DNA of 64,000 nucleotides from Octopus bimaculoides (taxonomy: Eukaryota): positions 185,184,446 to 185,248,445 of the forward strand of contig NC_068982.1 of the NCBI RefSeq assembly GCF_001194135.2, read 5' to 3'. Positions 12,236-22,582 of the stretch are shown in pieces. The notes beneath the pieces are model-generated. The model was given only the letters and a program-made list of their open reading frames with translations. It ran no database searches and was not told the origin of the DNA. Made by a program: the position numbers and the translations under genes. The first letter of the stretch is position 1; every line of letters begins with the position of its first letter.

Positions 12236-12247
12236 GACTGCTACTAT

Positions 12248-12283
<36 letters not shown>

Positions 12284-12288
12284 GACTG

Positions 12289-12328
<40 letters not shown>

Positions 12329-12336
12329 GACTGCTA

Positions 12337-12368
<32 letters not shown>

Positions 12369-12828
12369 ACAAGTACTGNNNNNNNNNNNNNNNNNNNNNN
12401 NNNNNNNNNNNNNNNNNNNNNNNNNNNNNNNNNNNNNNNNNNNNNNNNNNNNNNNNNNNNNNNNNNNNNNNNNNNNNNNNNNNNNNNNNNNNNNNNNNNN
12501 NNNNNNNNNNNNNNNNNNNNNNNNNNNNNNNNNNNNNNNNNNNNNNNNNNNNNNNNNNNNNNNNNNNNNNNNNNNNNNNNNNNNNNNNNNNNNNNNNNNN
12601 NNNNNNNNNNNNNNNNNNNNNNNNNNNNNNNNNNNNNNNNNNNNNNNNNNNNNNNNNNNNNNNNNNNNNNNNNNNNNNNNNNNNNNNNNNNNNNNNNNNN
12701 NNNNNNNNNNNNNNNNNNNNNNNNNNNNNNNNNNNNNNNNNNNNNNNNNNNNNNNNNNNNNNNNNNNNNNNNNNNNNNNNNNNNNNNNNNNNNNNNNNNN
12801 NNNNNNNNNNNNNNTACTACTACGACTG

Positions 12829-12860
<32 letters not shown>

Positions 12861-12935
12861 ACAAGTACTGCTGCTGCTGCTGCTACTACTACTACTACAA
12901 CCACCACCACCACCACCACCACCACCACCACCAAT
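12122..12935. repeat. Compound (ACT)n/(GCT)n/(ACC)n microsatellite spanning a gap
   Basis: Direct reading; source of the spurious poly-T/V/S/L ORFs. Confidence 0.9.
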
Positions 12936-13260
12936 ATTGTCCTCAGAATTACCACTCCTACAGAAAACATAACCAGCAATGCTACTACCAACACTATAGC
13001 CAGTGTCAATATCCAATTCACCGATACTACCATGACTATCACTGCAGCTTCTCTGCCACTCCTGCCACCCAGTATCACACCTTACAGCATCTCTCTTGTC
13101 ACTCCCCCTCTGCCTTCACTGCCATACACCACCCAGGCATTATCACACCACTGACTCCTACACGGTTGTCTCTCCTGTCACTACCTGACAACACCATGCA
13201 ATGGACAGATGTATGTTACTGTTGCACCAGTTACTCTAGCAATATTTCTACTAACACAAA

Positions 13261-13980
13261 GGCGGTGAGCTGGCAGAACCGTTAGCACGCCGGGCGAAAT
13301 GCTTTGTGGTATTTTGTCTGCCGTTACATTCTGAGTTCAAATTCGGCCAAGGCCGACTTTGCCTTTCATCCTTTCGAGGTCGATAAATTAAGTACCAGTT
13401 ATGCGCTGAGGGTCGATGTAATCGACTTAATCCCTTTGTCTGTCCTTGTTTGTCCCCTCTATGTTTAGCCCCTTGTAGGCAATAAAGAAATAAGAAATGT
13501 TAGCATGCTAGATGAAATGTTTAGCAGTATTTTGTCAGTTTTTATGTTCTGAGTTCAAATTCCATCGAGGTCGACTTTGGGGTTGATAAATTAATTACCA
13601 GTTGTGTACTGGAGCTGGTTTAATCGATTTACTTATCCCCTGAAATCGTTGACCTTGTGCCAAAATTTTAAATCAGTATTTCTACTGATGCAAAGGCAGT
13701 GAGCTGGCAGAATTGTTAGCACGCCGGACGAAATGCTTAGCGATATTTCGTCTGCTGTTACGTTATGAGTTCAAATTCCGCCGAGGTCGACTTTGCCTTT
13801 CATCCTTTCGGGGTCGATAAANNNNNNNNNNGAGGTCGACTTTGCCTTTCATCCTTTCGGGGTCGATAAATTAAGTACCAGTTATGCGCTGAGGGTCGAT
13901 GTAATCGACTTAATCCCTTTGTCTGTCCTTGTTTGTCCTCTCTATGTTCAGTCCCCTGGTGGCCAATAAAGAAATAAGAA
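13261..13980 (+). mobile_element. Tandem run of three SINE family B copies (gap at 13822-13831)
   Basis: Repeated heads at ~13261 and ~13695 plus a degenerate middle copy; shared core and AATAAAGAAATAAG tail. Confidence 0.75.
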
Positions 13981-14087
13981 TCGTTAGCATGCCAGTCAAA
14001 ATGCTTAATGGCATTTTCTCTGTCTTTATACTATTTTCAAATCCCTCTCTTGTCAACATTACCCTTCATCCTTCTGAGAGTTTGATA

Positions 14088-14260
14088 GGCACCGGCATGG
14101 CTGTGTGGTTAGGAAGCTTGCTTTTCGACCAGATGGTTTCAGGCTCAGTCCCACTGCATGGCACCTTGGGCAAGTGTCTTCTGCTATAACCTCGGGCTGA
14201 CTGAAGCCTTGTGATTGAATTTGATAGGCAGAAGATCCCAACATGTGTGTTCATGTGTGT
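14088..14260 (+). mobile_element. tRNA-derived SINE (family D) 5' part
   Basis: GGCATGGCTGTGTGGTTAGGAAGCTTGC...GGCACCTTGGGCAAGTGTCTTCT; related copies at ~31920-32330, 43190-43340(-), 49500-49650, 58420-58570, 60270-60380. Confidence 0.65.
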
Positions 14261-14394
14261 GTAAGTGCTTGTGCCTCCTAACTGAGAGGAGGGAAAGTAC
14301 AAGTCAAATACTGTGATTGATATAATCAACAATTTCCTCTTGCAACTTTGAATTCTTGTACCTATATCAGATATTGATTTTGTTTTTTTAGCAG

Positions 14395-14583
14395 GACAAA
14401 GATAGAGGATCAGGGCCAGAGCACCCACAGCCAACCACAAGCAGACAACAACAACAACAACCACAAAGATTACATACACCACACCAAGTAAACAAAAGCA
14501 ATCCAGTTCAAGGATTCTTCAACAAGTATGTCCCTAAGGAAGGGTTTCAGTACTACAGAGACCTGGCTGGAAATATTAAAGAG
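14395..14583 (+). CDS. ANKRD6: ANKRD6-like exon leading into the conserved central block
   Basis: ttttagcAG|GACAAA...AAAGAG|GTgaga; 189 nt; DKDRGSG...QYYRDLAGNIKE joins in frame to GPIGYTPICQC, paralleling vertebrate ANKRD6 LYRGKDGKVMQAPINGCRC (recalled). Confidence 0.82.
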
Positions 14584-15048
14584 GTGAGAAACTGCTCTGT
14601 TGATAGTAAAGGGCTTAAAGTTGTACTCTATAGGTATTATTTTGTTATTGTTTCTATTCTTGTTACTATTTCTATTGTTACAGGTATTTAATTGTTTTAT
14701 ATTGAAATNNNNNNNNNNNNNNNNNNNNNNNNNNNNNNNNNNNNNNNNNNNNNNNNNNNNNNNNNNNNNNNNNNNNNNNNNNNNNNNNNNNNNNNNNNNN
14801 NNNNNNNNNNNNNNNNNNNNNNNNNNNNNNNNNNNNNNNNNNNNNNNNNNNNNNNNNNNNNNNNNNNNNNNNNNNNNNNNNNNNNNNNNNNNNNNNNNNN
14901 NNNNNNNNNNNNNNNNNNNNNNNNNNNNNNNNNNNNNNNNNNNNNNNNNNNNNNNNNNNNNNNNNNNNNNNNNNNNNNNNNNNNNNNNNNNNNNNNNNNN
15001 NNNNNNNNNNNNNNNNNNNNNNNNNNNNNNNNNNNNNNNNNNNNNNNA

Positions 15049-15243
15049 TCTGATTTGGCTGGATGCCCTTCCTAACGCCAACCACTCCGAGAGTGTAGTG
15101 GGTGCTTTTACGTGCCACCGGCACAAGGGCCAGTCAGACGGGTACTGGCAACGGCCACGCTCGAAATGGTGTGTTTTACGTGCCACCTGCACAGGAGCCA
15201 GTCCATCGGCACTGGCAACGATCTCGCTCAAATGTCTTTTCAA
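15049..15243 (-). mobile_element. RTE-type tail repeat (family C), gap-truncated
   Basis: CTGATTTGG..CTGGATGCCCTTCCTAACGCCAACCACTCCGAGAGTGTAGTGGGTGCTTTTACGTG. Confidence 0.7.
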
Positions 15244-15766
15244 AGATATATATATATATATATAATCCAAGAAAGTTAGGGGTTGTGAATCCAACCCACT
15301 AAGGGATAATATCTATCCAATGTACTGATATACTGCCGGAAGGATACCCAATAACTATTACACTAGTGTTTTTTTTACCAAGTGCAATAAATGGGTGCGG
15401 GTAAAAGGAAATTTTACCCTTTATTTATATAGCAATAAGAAAATGGAGGGGAATATGTGGTACTCATCAGGCTTATTCTTAGACAGCTATATATGTGTAT
15501 GTATGTATATTTATATACATATACACACACACACACATATATTGATAATAAGGAGAATGAAGAATTTAAACATTCTAACTTTGTTTTTATTTCCATTTAG
15601 TTTATACATAATAATTGTCCAACACGTGTTTCAATTGCATTAACTGCATATTGTTGCATTTTTATATGCACTGATTTATGCACTGTTAGTACGATCTCTT
15701 CAAGATACATAAGTATGACATTGTTTGAAGAAGAATTTTCCTCCGCTATTAGTTTGAATTAGACTT

Positions 15767-15823
<57 letters not shown>

Positions 15824-15900
15824 CAGGGCTAATTCAAACTAATAGCAGAGGAATAAGCCTGTAAAAATATGCACTCTTATTTGTCTATAAAGTGGGTATA

Positions 15901-16093
15901 TTAATCGAAGTGTACAGTATTGTATATTGATCTTACCAATCAGTATTTCTCTAGGGGTTCAATGGAGTGTTAGATAACACCTGGTACAGGTTTACATAAC
16001 TGGGCTGTTATCTAAAACTCTGTTGAACCCCTAGTGCGAAACTGATTGGTAAGATTGGCTGTAATAGATATATAATACTGTACAATTTGATTA
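15901..16093. mobile_element. Palindromic MITE-like element
   Basis: Arms TTAATC.AAGTGTACAGTATT..ATCTTACCAATCAGT..CTAGGGGTTCAA..TAGATAACA / reverse complement; short spacer. Confidence 0.6.
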
Positions 16094-16422
16094 ACATCAC
16101 ACACACACGCACACACACAAGCAATGTAGTGATCACTACAGATGAGCTTTTATTCCAAGGGAAATTAGCTTGCTAGTATAGTGACCTTGCTCGCTGTGGG
16201 ACAGTTATCTCCCCTGTCAGTACATAGACAATGTGCTATTTGTGGCTATAAGGGTCTTTGACTCTTGTTTCTAGCAATGTAGGTGCTATCCTACACCCAC
16301 AGTCACTATTAGTGACAATTGAATTTTTCCTTTTTGGTTTTATACTGTGTCTAGCCATCTTTGTTATTTTATGCATATATATATATTATATGAAACTTTT
16401 CTCCTCCATTACTCCATTACAG

Positions 16423-18987
16423 GGTCCTATTGGTTATACACCTATATGTCAATGTATGCCAATTGTGAAGAGAATCGAAAAGAACATGGATGAGACGAAG
16501 GAGAACCTTTACGACCACATTGATGCCTCACACCAGATATTACAGAACCGCATCAACCAGCTGGACAAACGGACATCACAGCAGGTTTTCTCTATTGATC
16601 GTCTTAATAAGGAGAGGTTGGATGCTTCTCATAGCCAGTGTAAACAACATATTGATACTCAGTTCAACCAGCAGCGTAAAAATGCTGAACGTTTATATAC
16701 AAAATACAATGAGAACGTAAAATCTGAACTTCAAGCCTGGCTTGAGACGAGATTAACTGATGAGGAAAGTTGTCACCCTCACCACCATGATGACTCGGGA
16801 TTTTACCATCGAAGTGTTTTCTTTGATGTTGTTGAGAATGAAAATGGTCGGTTGTTTCGATCGCGTTCTGATGAAACTTTGTCACAGTCAGACTACAGCG
16901 TAAGACATCGGAAAAAAGACTTTTATGAAAATCGGCAAGCTGCAATGCAACAGATCCGTGCTTGGCAAACTCCTGACAGATACAGACGCCGTGATAATTA
17001 TCCTGTCAGAGACAGCTCTTTGAGACAGTTACCAAATGTATCAGTTAGAAATGTAGTAACTGTTCCACATGGTCCCAGTATTACTCGTCCCCGCACTATG
17101 ATAGAATGTACATCCCCAAATCAGACATCTTCCTTTAATCCCCCTCCACCTGCTATAGCTCAGCTCTCTTTAGAATCCTCTCCAACTTCTAAAGCATTTG
17201 AAAATAGGGCAGTGAAACCATTTACTCCTTCAAAATTAAGGCACTCCACACTTCCCTCTAAAGCAAATAGCCCCAATTTACCTTCAACATCCTCTCAAGG
17301 TCTTGCCCCAGGACATTCAGGTACTTTAAAACACCAAAGCCAGGTAATGCCTCACTTAAGCCACAGTAGTCAGGGCCAAAAGGATGAAAGGCAAAATTTA
17401 GTGGAAAGGGGCCCACCAGAAGTAAGCAAAATGATAGGACCTGGGATGGGCCCCAATAATGTATTTACTTCAAATCAGCCAACACTGAGACAATTTAATG
17501 AAAACTCTATGGAAAAAGATTCCAAGGAAACAGTTAGGAACCAGAGACAGTTTTTAACTGTTTCTAGTTACTCTGTGACAAAAACTTCTGAAACTCAGTT
17601 GTTACAAACAAAACAGTTTCTCCCCAAATCACCTGCTGCCAAAAACAGCAATGAAGATTCCAATGGAATGAGGCCCCGAAGTCATAGCCAAGACATGCTT
17701 GCTGATTCATCATCCCGTGACATAATTCGGGAAAAAAAATGTATAGGTTATTATCATTCTGAACGAACAATGCCATTAGACCGGAGTAAATCTTACGGTA
17801 ACCTCAAAGAAGAATTATCAGGAACACAGTCTAATAGTGTCACATTACAGTCAAATACAGCAATGATGTCACAGTACAGTCATCATCAGTCGTATACAGT
17901 GCCAACACCTTTCAAAACTGCTCCTCCACCAAACTCTGCTTATTCTAACAGTGTCAACAACACAAAATACACAAGACCTTCTATGGCAGATTCTGCTGCA
18001 AAATCATATGGAACTGAAGCAAAGCAGTCTCCACAGAAAGATATGGTATTTTCCAATTCTAGTCAGTCTGTCTGCAAAGAACAGTATCAAAAACAAATGC
18101 AGAAAGGTTTGTCACAGACAGCACTAGACTACACATCTCCTTACAAGAATCCCACACTAGACTACTCTTCTCCTTACAAGAACCCTGCACTAAATCGCAC
18201 ATCTCCTTACAAGAATACGGCACTAAGCTATCACAGCAATAGCAAAAACATGCTAGGGAACCAACAGATGGATAATCCTAACCTCAACGACACTCTCAAC
18301 CCTCTTAGTAGATCAGAACCACAACTGATGAAAGCAGACAGTTCAGATGGCCACCATTACCGAAACAGTCCAACAGCTTTGTCATCAAAAATAGTTAATG
18401 CACCGACCAATAACAGTAGTGCAGCAGCTTGTGTCCAAAATAACAGCCACCAAAACCATTGGTCTTCATCTCCACTACAGAAATCCAACTCCAAACTCTC
18501 ATCTCCAATGTTAGACTGGTGTCATAAAGAGGACTCCAGCAGCAACCCTGATTCAGGCTATAGCTGTCGTATCTATGGGAATGGAAACAACAGAAGTAGT
18601 ACATTACTGAATACATCACACAGCAACACAGCAACTCCAACATCTTCATTTAGTGGAACTGATCAGAGTCCGAGTACAGCATCTGCCTCTTTACAACTGT
18701 CACCTTACAGAGGACAGCTACAGAACCAAGTAGCCAGAGACAGCTATGATGATCGACAGTCATCAAACAAACAGTATTTTGAGTCAGTCACAGCTCATCT
18801 TCAGAATTGGTACAGCAAGAAAAAACTAGAGACTTCTCAAAAGGAAGTACCAAAGACTCTTTCACCAACATTATTACAACAACACCAGCAACAAATAGCA
18901 CCATCTTTTGGTACAAATAATCCATATTTGGCAACTAATTATCCCCCTACACCAGTGAAAGGCTACATCAGAGGAAGTGATGTATAG
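16423..18987 (+). CDS. ANKRD6: ANKRD6-like terminal coding exon (coiled-coil block plus long S/T/N/Q-rich tail)
   Basis: cattacAG|GGTCCT; 854 codons plus TAG, inside supplied ORF 16258-18987. The first ~110 aa (CQCMPIVKRIEKNMDETKENL...VKSELQAWLETRL) resemble the ANKRD6 central coiled coil. Confidence 0.88.
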   Translation, partial: GPIGYTPICQCMPIVKRIEKNMDETKENLYDHIDASHQILQNRINQLDKRTSQQVFSIDRLNKERLDASHSQCKQHIDTQFNQQRKNAERLYTKYNENVKSELQAWLETRLTDEESCHPHHHDDSGFYHRSVFFDVVENENGRLFRSRSDETLSQSDYSVRHRKKDFYENRQAAMQQIRAWQTPDRYRRRDNYPVRDSSLRQLPNVSVRNVVTVPHGPSITRPRTMIECTSPNQTSSFNPPPPAIAQLSLESSPTSKAFENRAVKPFTPSKLRHSTLPSKANSPNLPSTSSQGLAPGHSGTLKHQSQVMPHLSHSSQGQKDERQNLVERGPPEVSKMIGPGMGPNNVFTSNQPTLRQFNENSMEKDSKETVRNQRQFLTVSSYSVTKTSETQLLQTKQFLPKSPAAKNSNEDSNGMRPRSHSQDMLADSSSRDIIREKKCIGYYHSERTMPLDRSKSYGNLKEELSGTQSNSVTLQSNTAMMSQYSHHQSYTVPTPFKTAPPPNSAYSNSVNNTKYTRPSMADSAAKSYGTEAKQSPQKDMVFSNSSQSVCKEQYQKQMQKGLSQTALDYTSPYKNPTLDYSSPYKNPALNRTSPYKNTALSYHSNSKNMLGNQQMDNPNLNDTLNPLSRSEPQLMKADSSDGHHYRNSPTALSSKIVNAPTNNSSAAACVQNNSHQNHWSSSPLQKSNSKLSSPMLDWCHKEDSSSNPDSGYSCRIYGNGNNRSSTLLNTSHSNTATPTSSFSGTDQSPSTASASLQLSPYRGQLQNQVARDSYDDRQSSNKQYFESVTAHLQNWYSKKKLETSQKEVPKTLSPTLLQQHQQQIAPSFGTNNPYLATNYPPTPVKGYIRGSDV

Positions 18988-19305
18988 TAACATTAACATC
19001 ATACATATACATTCCGTAATACTTTCACATTCCATCATACATATTCCATCATACGTACACACTTTCTCTCTTGCACATGCATACACTCCATAATACACTA
19101 TATTATTAAAGATATATGTACACATAGATACCTGTATATATGTATATACTCACATTCCAATTTATTAGTGTTATAAATGATGAGAAAATGTTTGAAATTG
19201 TCTACATGTGCATATATATTCATGTAAATATGTGTGTGTATGTGTATATATGAAGATACATTAATAGACTTTAACATTATTCTGTTATCATCCAAACATC
19301 TTGAA

Positions 19306-19311
19306 AATAAA
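19306..19311 (+). promoter_or_regulatory. First candidate poly(A) signal after the ANKRD6 stop
   Basis: AATAAA ~320 nt after TAG; others at ~19594 and ~19720; usage unknown. Confidence 0.25.
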
Positions 19312-19824
19312 TTAAGGCCAAGGTACCAAGGCAAAAATATACCTTACATACTAACACACCATTAGTTATCAATTCAACATTTAGTCATCATCCGTCTCAA
19401 CAACTCCAAAGTTCAAGTTTACAAGATACTAATTTAACAATTCCATGTTTCAGGTAATCCCTCCTTCTATAAAGAATCAAATAACATCTGGAAGTAATCT
19501 GGATTAACTGTGGGTCAGTTGGTACAGTAATTAATATCCTGATAAGACATGATCAAAAACATCAAACACACTTCAAAATCAAGTGTATTTAATGAATAAA
19601 TTACAAAGTCAATATATTTAATGAGTAAATTGCAAAGCCAATGTATTTCATGCTGTGGTGGAAAGGAAGAATTGTAAGCCAACATCAGAGACAATGGTCC
19701 TTCCGCAAGAGAGAAAGGAAAATAAAACAGAAAACATTAGCATACACAATGTTGGTTTAAAAGACTCTTTAAATCCTATAATCATTTGTATTAGAGGTGT
19801 AAATGATGCTATAGCCTATTAAGA

Positions 19825-20350
19825 TGTAGTTCATTGTGAGAGGGATACTAGGGTTTATTCTGGTGAAGTCCACATTCTGAAAGGGGTGTTAAGGTCTATT
19901 TATGGTGCAATTGACTGTGAGAAGAGTGCTAGCATCTATGGTGTGGTTCATTGCAAGAGGGGTACTAGGGTCTATTCACAGTGCAACACATTGTGTGAGG
20001 AGTGCTAGGGTTAATTATGGTGGAGTTCATTGTGAAAGGGGTGCTAAAGTCCATTTATGGTGCAGTTCATTATTAAAGGGGTGCTACAGTTCATTTAGGA
20101 TTTAGTTCATTGTGCAAGGGATGCTAGAATCTATTTGTAGCTCAGTTCATTGTGTGAAGAGGTTATGGTGTATGTAGTCCTGTGTATTGTGTGAGGAGTG
20201 CTATGGTGTATTTGTGATCCAGTTCGCTGGATGGTTAGTGCTATGGTGTATTTGTGATCCAGTTCACTGGATGGTTAGTGCTATGATGCATGTATGGTCT
20301 GGTCCATTATATGAAGGGTAATATCCTGTACATGTGGTCCAGTCTATTGT
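19825..20350. repeat. Degenerate ~39-40-bp minisatellite (about 13 units)
   Basis: Consensus approximately GGTGCAGTTCATTGTGAGAGGGGTGCTAGGGTCTATTTAT; two almost identical 40-bp units at ~20198-20277. Confidence 0.7.
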
Positions 20351-20612
20351 GTGTTGGATGTGGGGATGTATTTACATTTCTAAATCCCTTGGTTTATCCA
20401 TTATTTGTCTCTTTCCTGCCTGGCAGATAGAATATTGGAGGCTAAGATGAAATCAGTTAGTTTTAGAGGAGCAGAGGCCATTGTAGCAATGTAAAGAAAA
20501 AGAGGACAACAATGTAACATGTTCTTAGGTGGATGGATTTTTCTGGAATGTGTGCTTTGATGTATGTATGTGTGTACGTACGTTTGTATATATAGGTGTG
20601 TGTATGAATGTA

Positions 20613-20850
20613 ATATTGGTTTCAAATTTGGCACAAGGCCAGCAATTTCGGGAGAGAGGATAAGTTGATTACATCGACCCCAGTGTTCAACTGGTACTTA
20701 TTTTATCGACCCCAGAAGGACGAAAGGCAAAGTCAAACCCAGCGAAATTTAAACTCTGATCCTGGCAGAATTTGAACTTAAAATGTAGACAGACAATATG
20801 CTGCTCAGCATTTTGCCCAACATGCTAACGATTGTGTCAGCTCACTGCCT
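20613..20850 (-). mobile_element. SINE family B
   Basis: Reverse complement of the family B core (ACTGGTACTTATTTTATCGACCCC..AAAGGCAAAGTC) and head. Confidence 0.7.
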
Positions 20851-21360
20851 GACGGGATGTAATATTCAAAGCACTAGATATAGAATATGTTGAGGATTTG
20901 TGACAGGGCTGTCTTCTGATCTTTTATAGAATCAAAGTTTCATTATTGTCAGTACTGTTGTTGCCACCACTGATGTCACTGCCAGCAACAGCATCATTAT
21001 CATCATCATCTTCACCACCACAATTACCACCACCACCACCATCACTGCTTTCATCAATCATCATTAATAACGAATCAGTCATTCCATTAGGCATGTGTTA
21101 TAGCTGTGCCCTTAAAAATCTTGTGTCTTTGAACAATGGCAGCCCCTTGCCCAAATCATATACTGTAATTCATGGCATTTTTGAAAGTCTCAAATTTATT
21201 TAACCCATGTTCCAAGGCTAGTGTTGTAAATTTGACAATCTTGTGGTAGCTTCCTCTTTGAATTGCTTCATCCCTAATTGAAAAGTACAGGATTTCTCAG
21301 ATCTACTCCCTCTCCAAGTACTGACAATTTATGATTGGTTAATAGTATAAGTACTGTGGA

Positions 21361-22160
21361 AGGCACATGAGCTAGTGGTTAAGGTGTTGCATTTATGCTT
21401 GCAAGGTTGTAGTTTCAATTCCTGGACAAGGCAGTGTGTTCATTTCATTTTGTTTCAGTTCACTCAGTTGTAAATGAGTTAACCCCGAGATGGACTGGTG
21501 TCCTGTTCAGTGGAGAGTAATTGTAATTTCAGTCAATTATACACCATGGAAATTGGGTTAAACTCTCACTTCAGGAGTTGTAGGGATCATGACAGACTTA
21601 GGTCTAAGTATGCTAACATGGACTTAGACTATTACGTCCAAGTAAATATTAATATTAATAATTAATGTGCTGTATGGAAATAAGAGAATTGGGAATTCAA
21701 CACCATTCCATGTAGATTTGGACTTGTGTTGAATTCTTAATTCTCTTACTTCTGTATGATACATTAATTGTCAATATTAAGATTTGCACCTGGTTGGTGA
21801 GCTTGCAGAATCATTAGCGTGCCAGGTAAAATAAATTATTGATTAAGAATTTTTTAGACTGTTAAAAACTATTTCCTTGTCTACATGGGTAAAGGCATGT
21901 GGCCTAGTGATTAAGATACTGCACTCTTGATTGTAAGATTGTGGTTTCACTTCTCAGATAAGGCAGTACATTGTGTTCTTGAGCAAAACATTTCATTTCA
22001 TTTTACTCCAGTTCACTCCGCTCTAAATGAGTTCCAGCAATATCTGGGAAGTTAACCCTGAGATGGACTGGCATCCTATTCAGTGGAGAGTAATTGTAAT
22101 GTCAGTCACTTATACACCATGAAAAGTGGATTAAACTTAAAACTTATGAGTCCTGGGGCT
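21361..22160 (+). mobile_element. Two direct copies of a tRNA-derived SINE with a V-domain-like motif (21361-21600, 21893-22160)
   Basis: Both carry CATTTCATTTT..T.CAGTTCACTC..GTAAATGAGTT and TTAACCC.GAGATGGACTGG..TCCT.TTCAGTGGAGAGTAATTG; the family name is inferred. Confidence 0.55.
21649..21780. repeat. 55-bp-arm inverted repeat (hairpin)
   Basis: Arms 21649-21703 and 21726-21780, 44/55 identical with no gaps, 22-nt loop. Confidence 0.85.
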
Positions 22161-22548
22161 CATGACAGATTTAATATAAGTATTATAACCCCTTTTCTTT
22201 GGATCAGGCCCTTTTATGAAGCAAATTCAAGCTGTTGGTGCTATGTTTACCTCTCACTACCAACAATGAGTGCTTCATGGCCAGTTATTCTTCTTTCATC
22301 TTCTATCTTTTACTTGTTTCTGTCATTAGACTGGCCATGCAGGGGCACCACCTTGAAGAATTTTTAGTGAAATGAATTGACCCTAGTACTTATTTTTCTG
22401 GTTGTCAAACAAGTGGTGGGGGACAAACACAGACTCAAATCCATTCAAAAGGTCCAAGGCACTTGCCCAAGGTGCCATGCAGTGGGACTGAACTTGGGAC
22501 CATGTGGTTGGGAAGCAAGTTTCTTACCACACAGCCATGCCCACACTT

Positions 22549-22582
<34 letters not shown>

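Noticed and set aside
12050-13154. Long ORFs (276-358 aa) rich in T/V/S/L, mucin-like
   Set aside because: Translations of an (ACT)n/(GCT)n microsatellite plus an N gap inside an ANKRD6 intron.
13790-13870. Apparent tandem duplication of the SINE core
   Set aside because: Identical text flanks a 10-N gap, which indicates an unmerged contig overlap; the same pattern occurs at 47066-47106.
16258-16422. 5' extension of the 909-aa ORF as an independent single-exon gene
   Set aside because: Non-ATG start, hydrophobic AT-rich intronic sequence; a good acceptor at 16422 links the frame to the upstream ankyrin exons.
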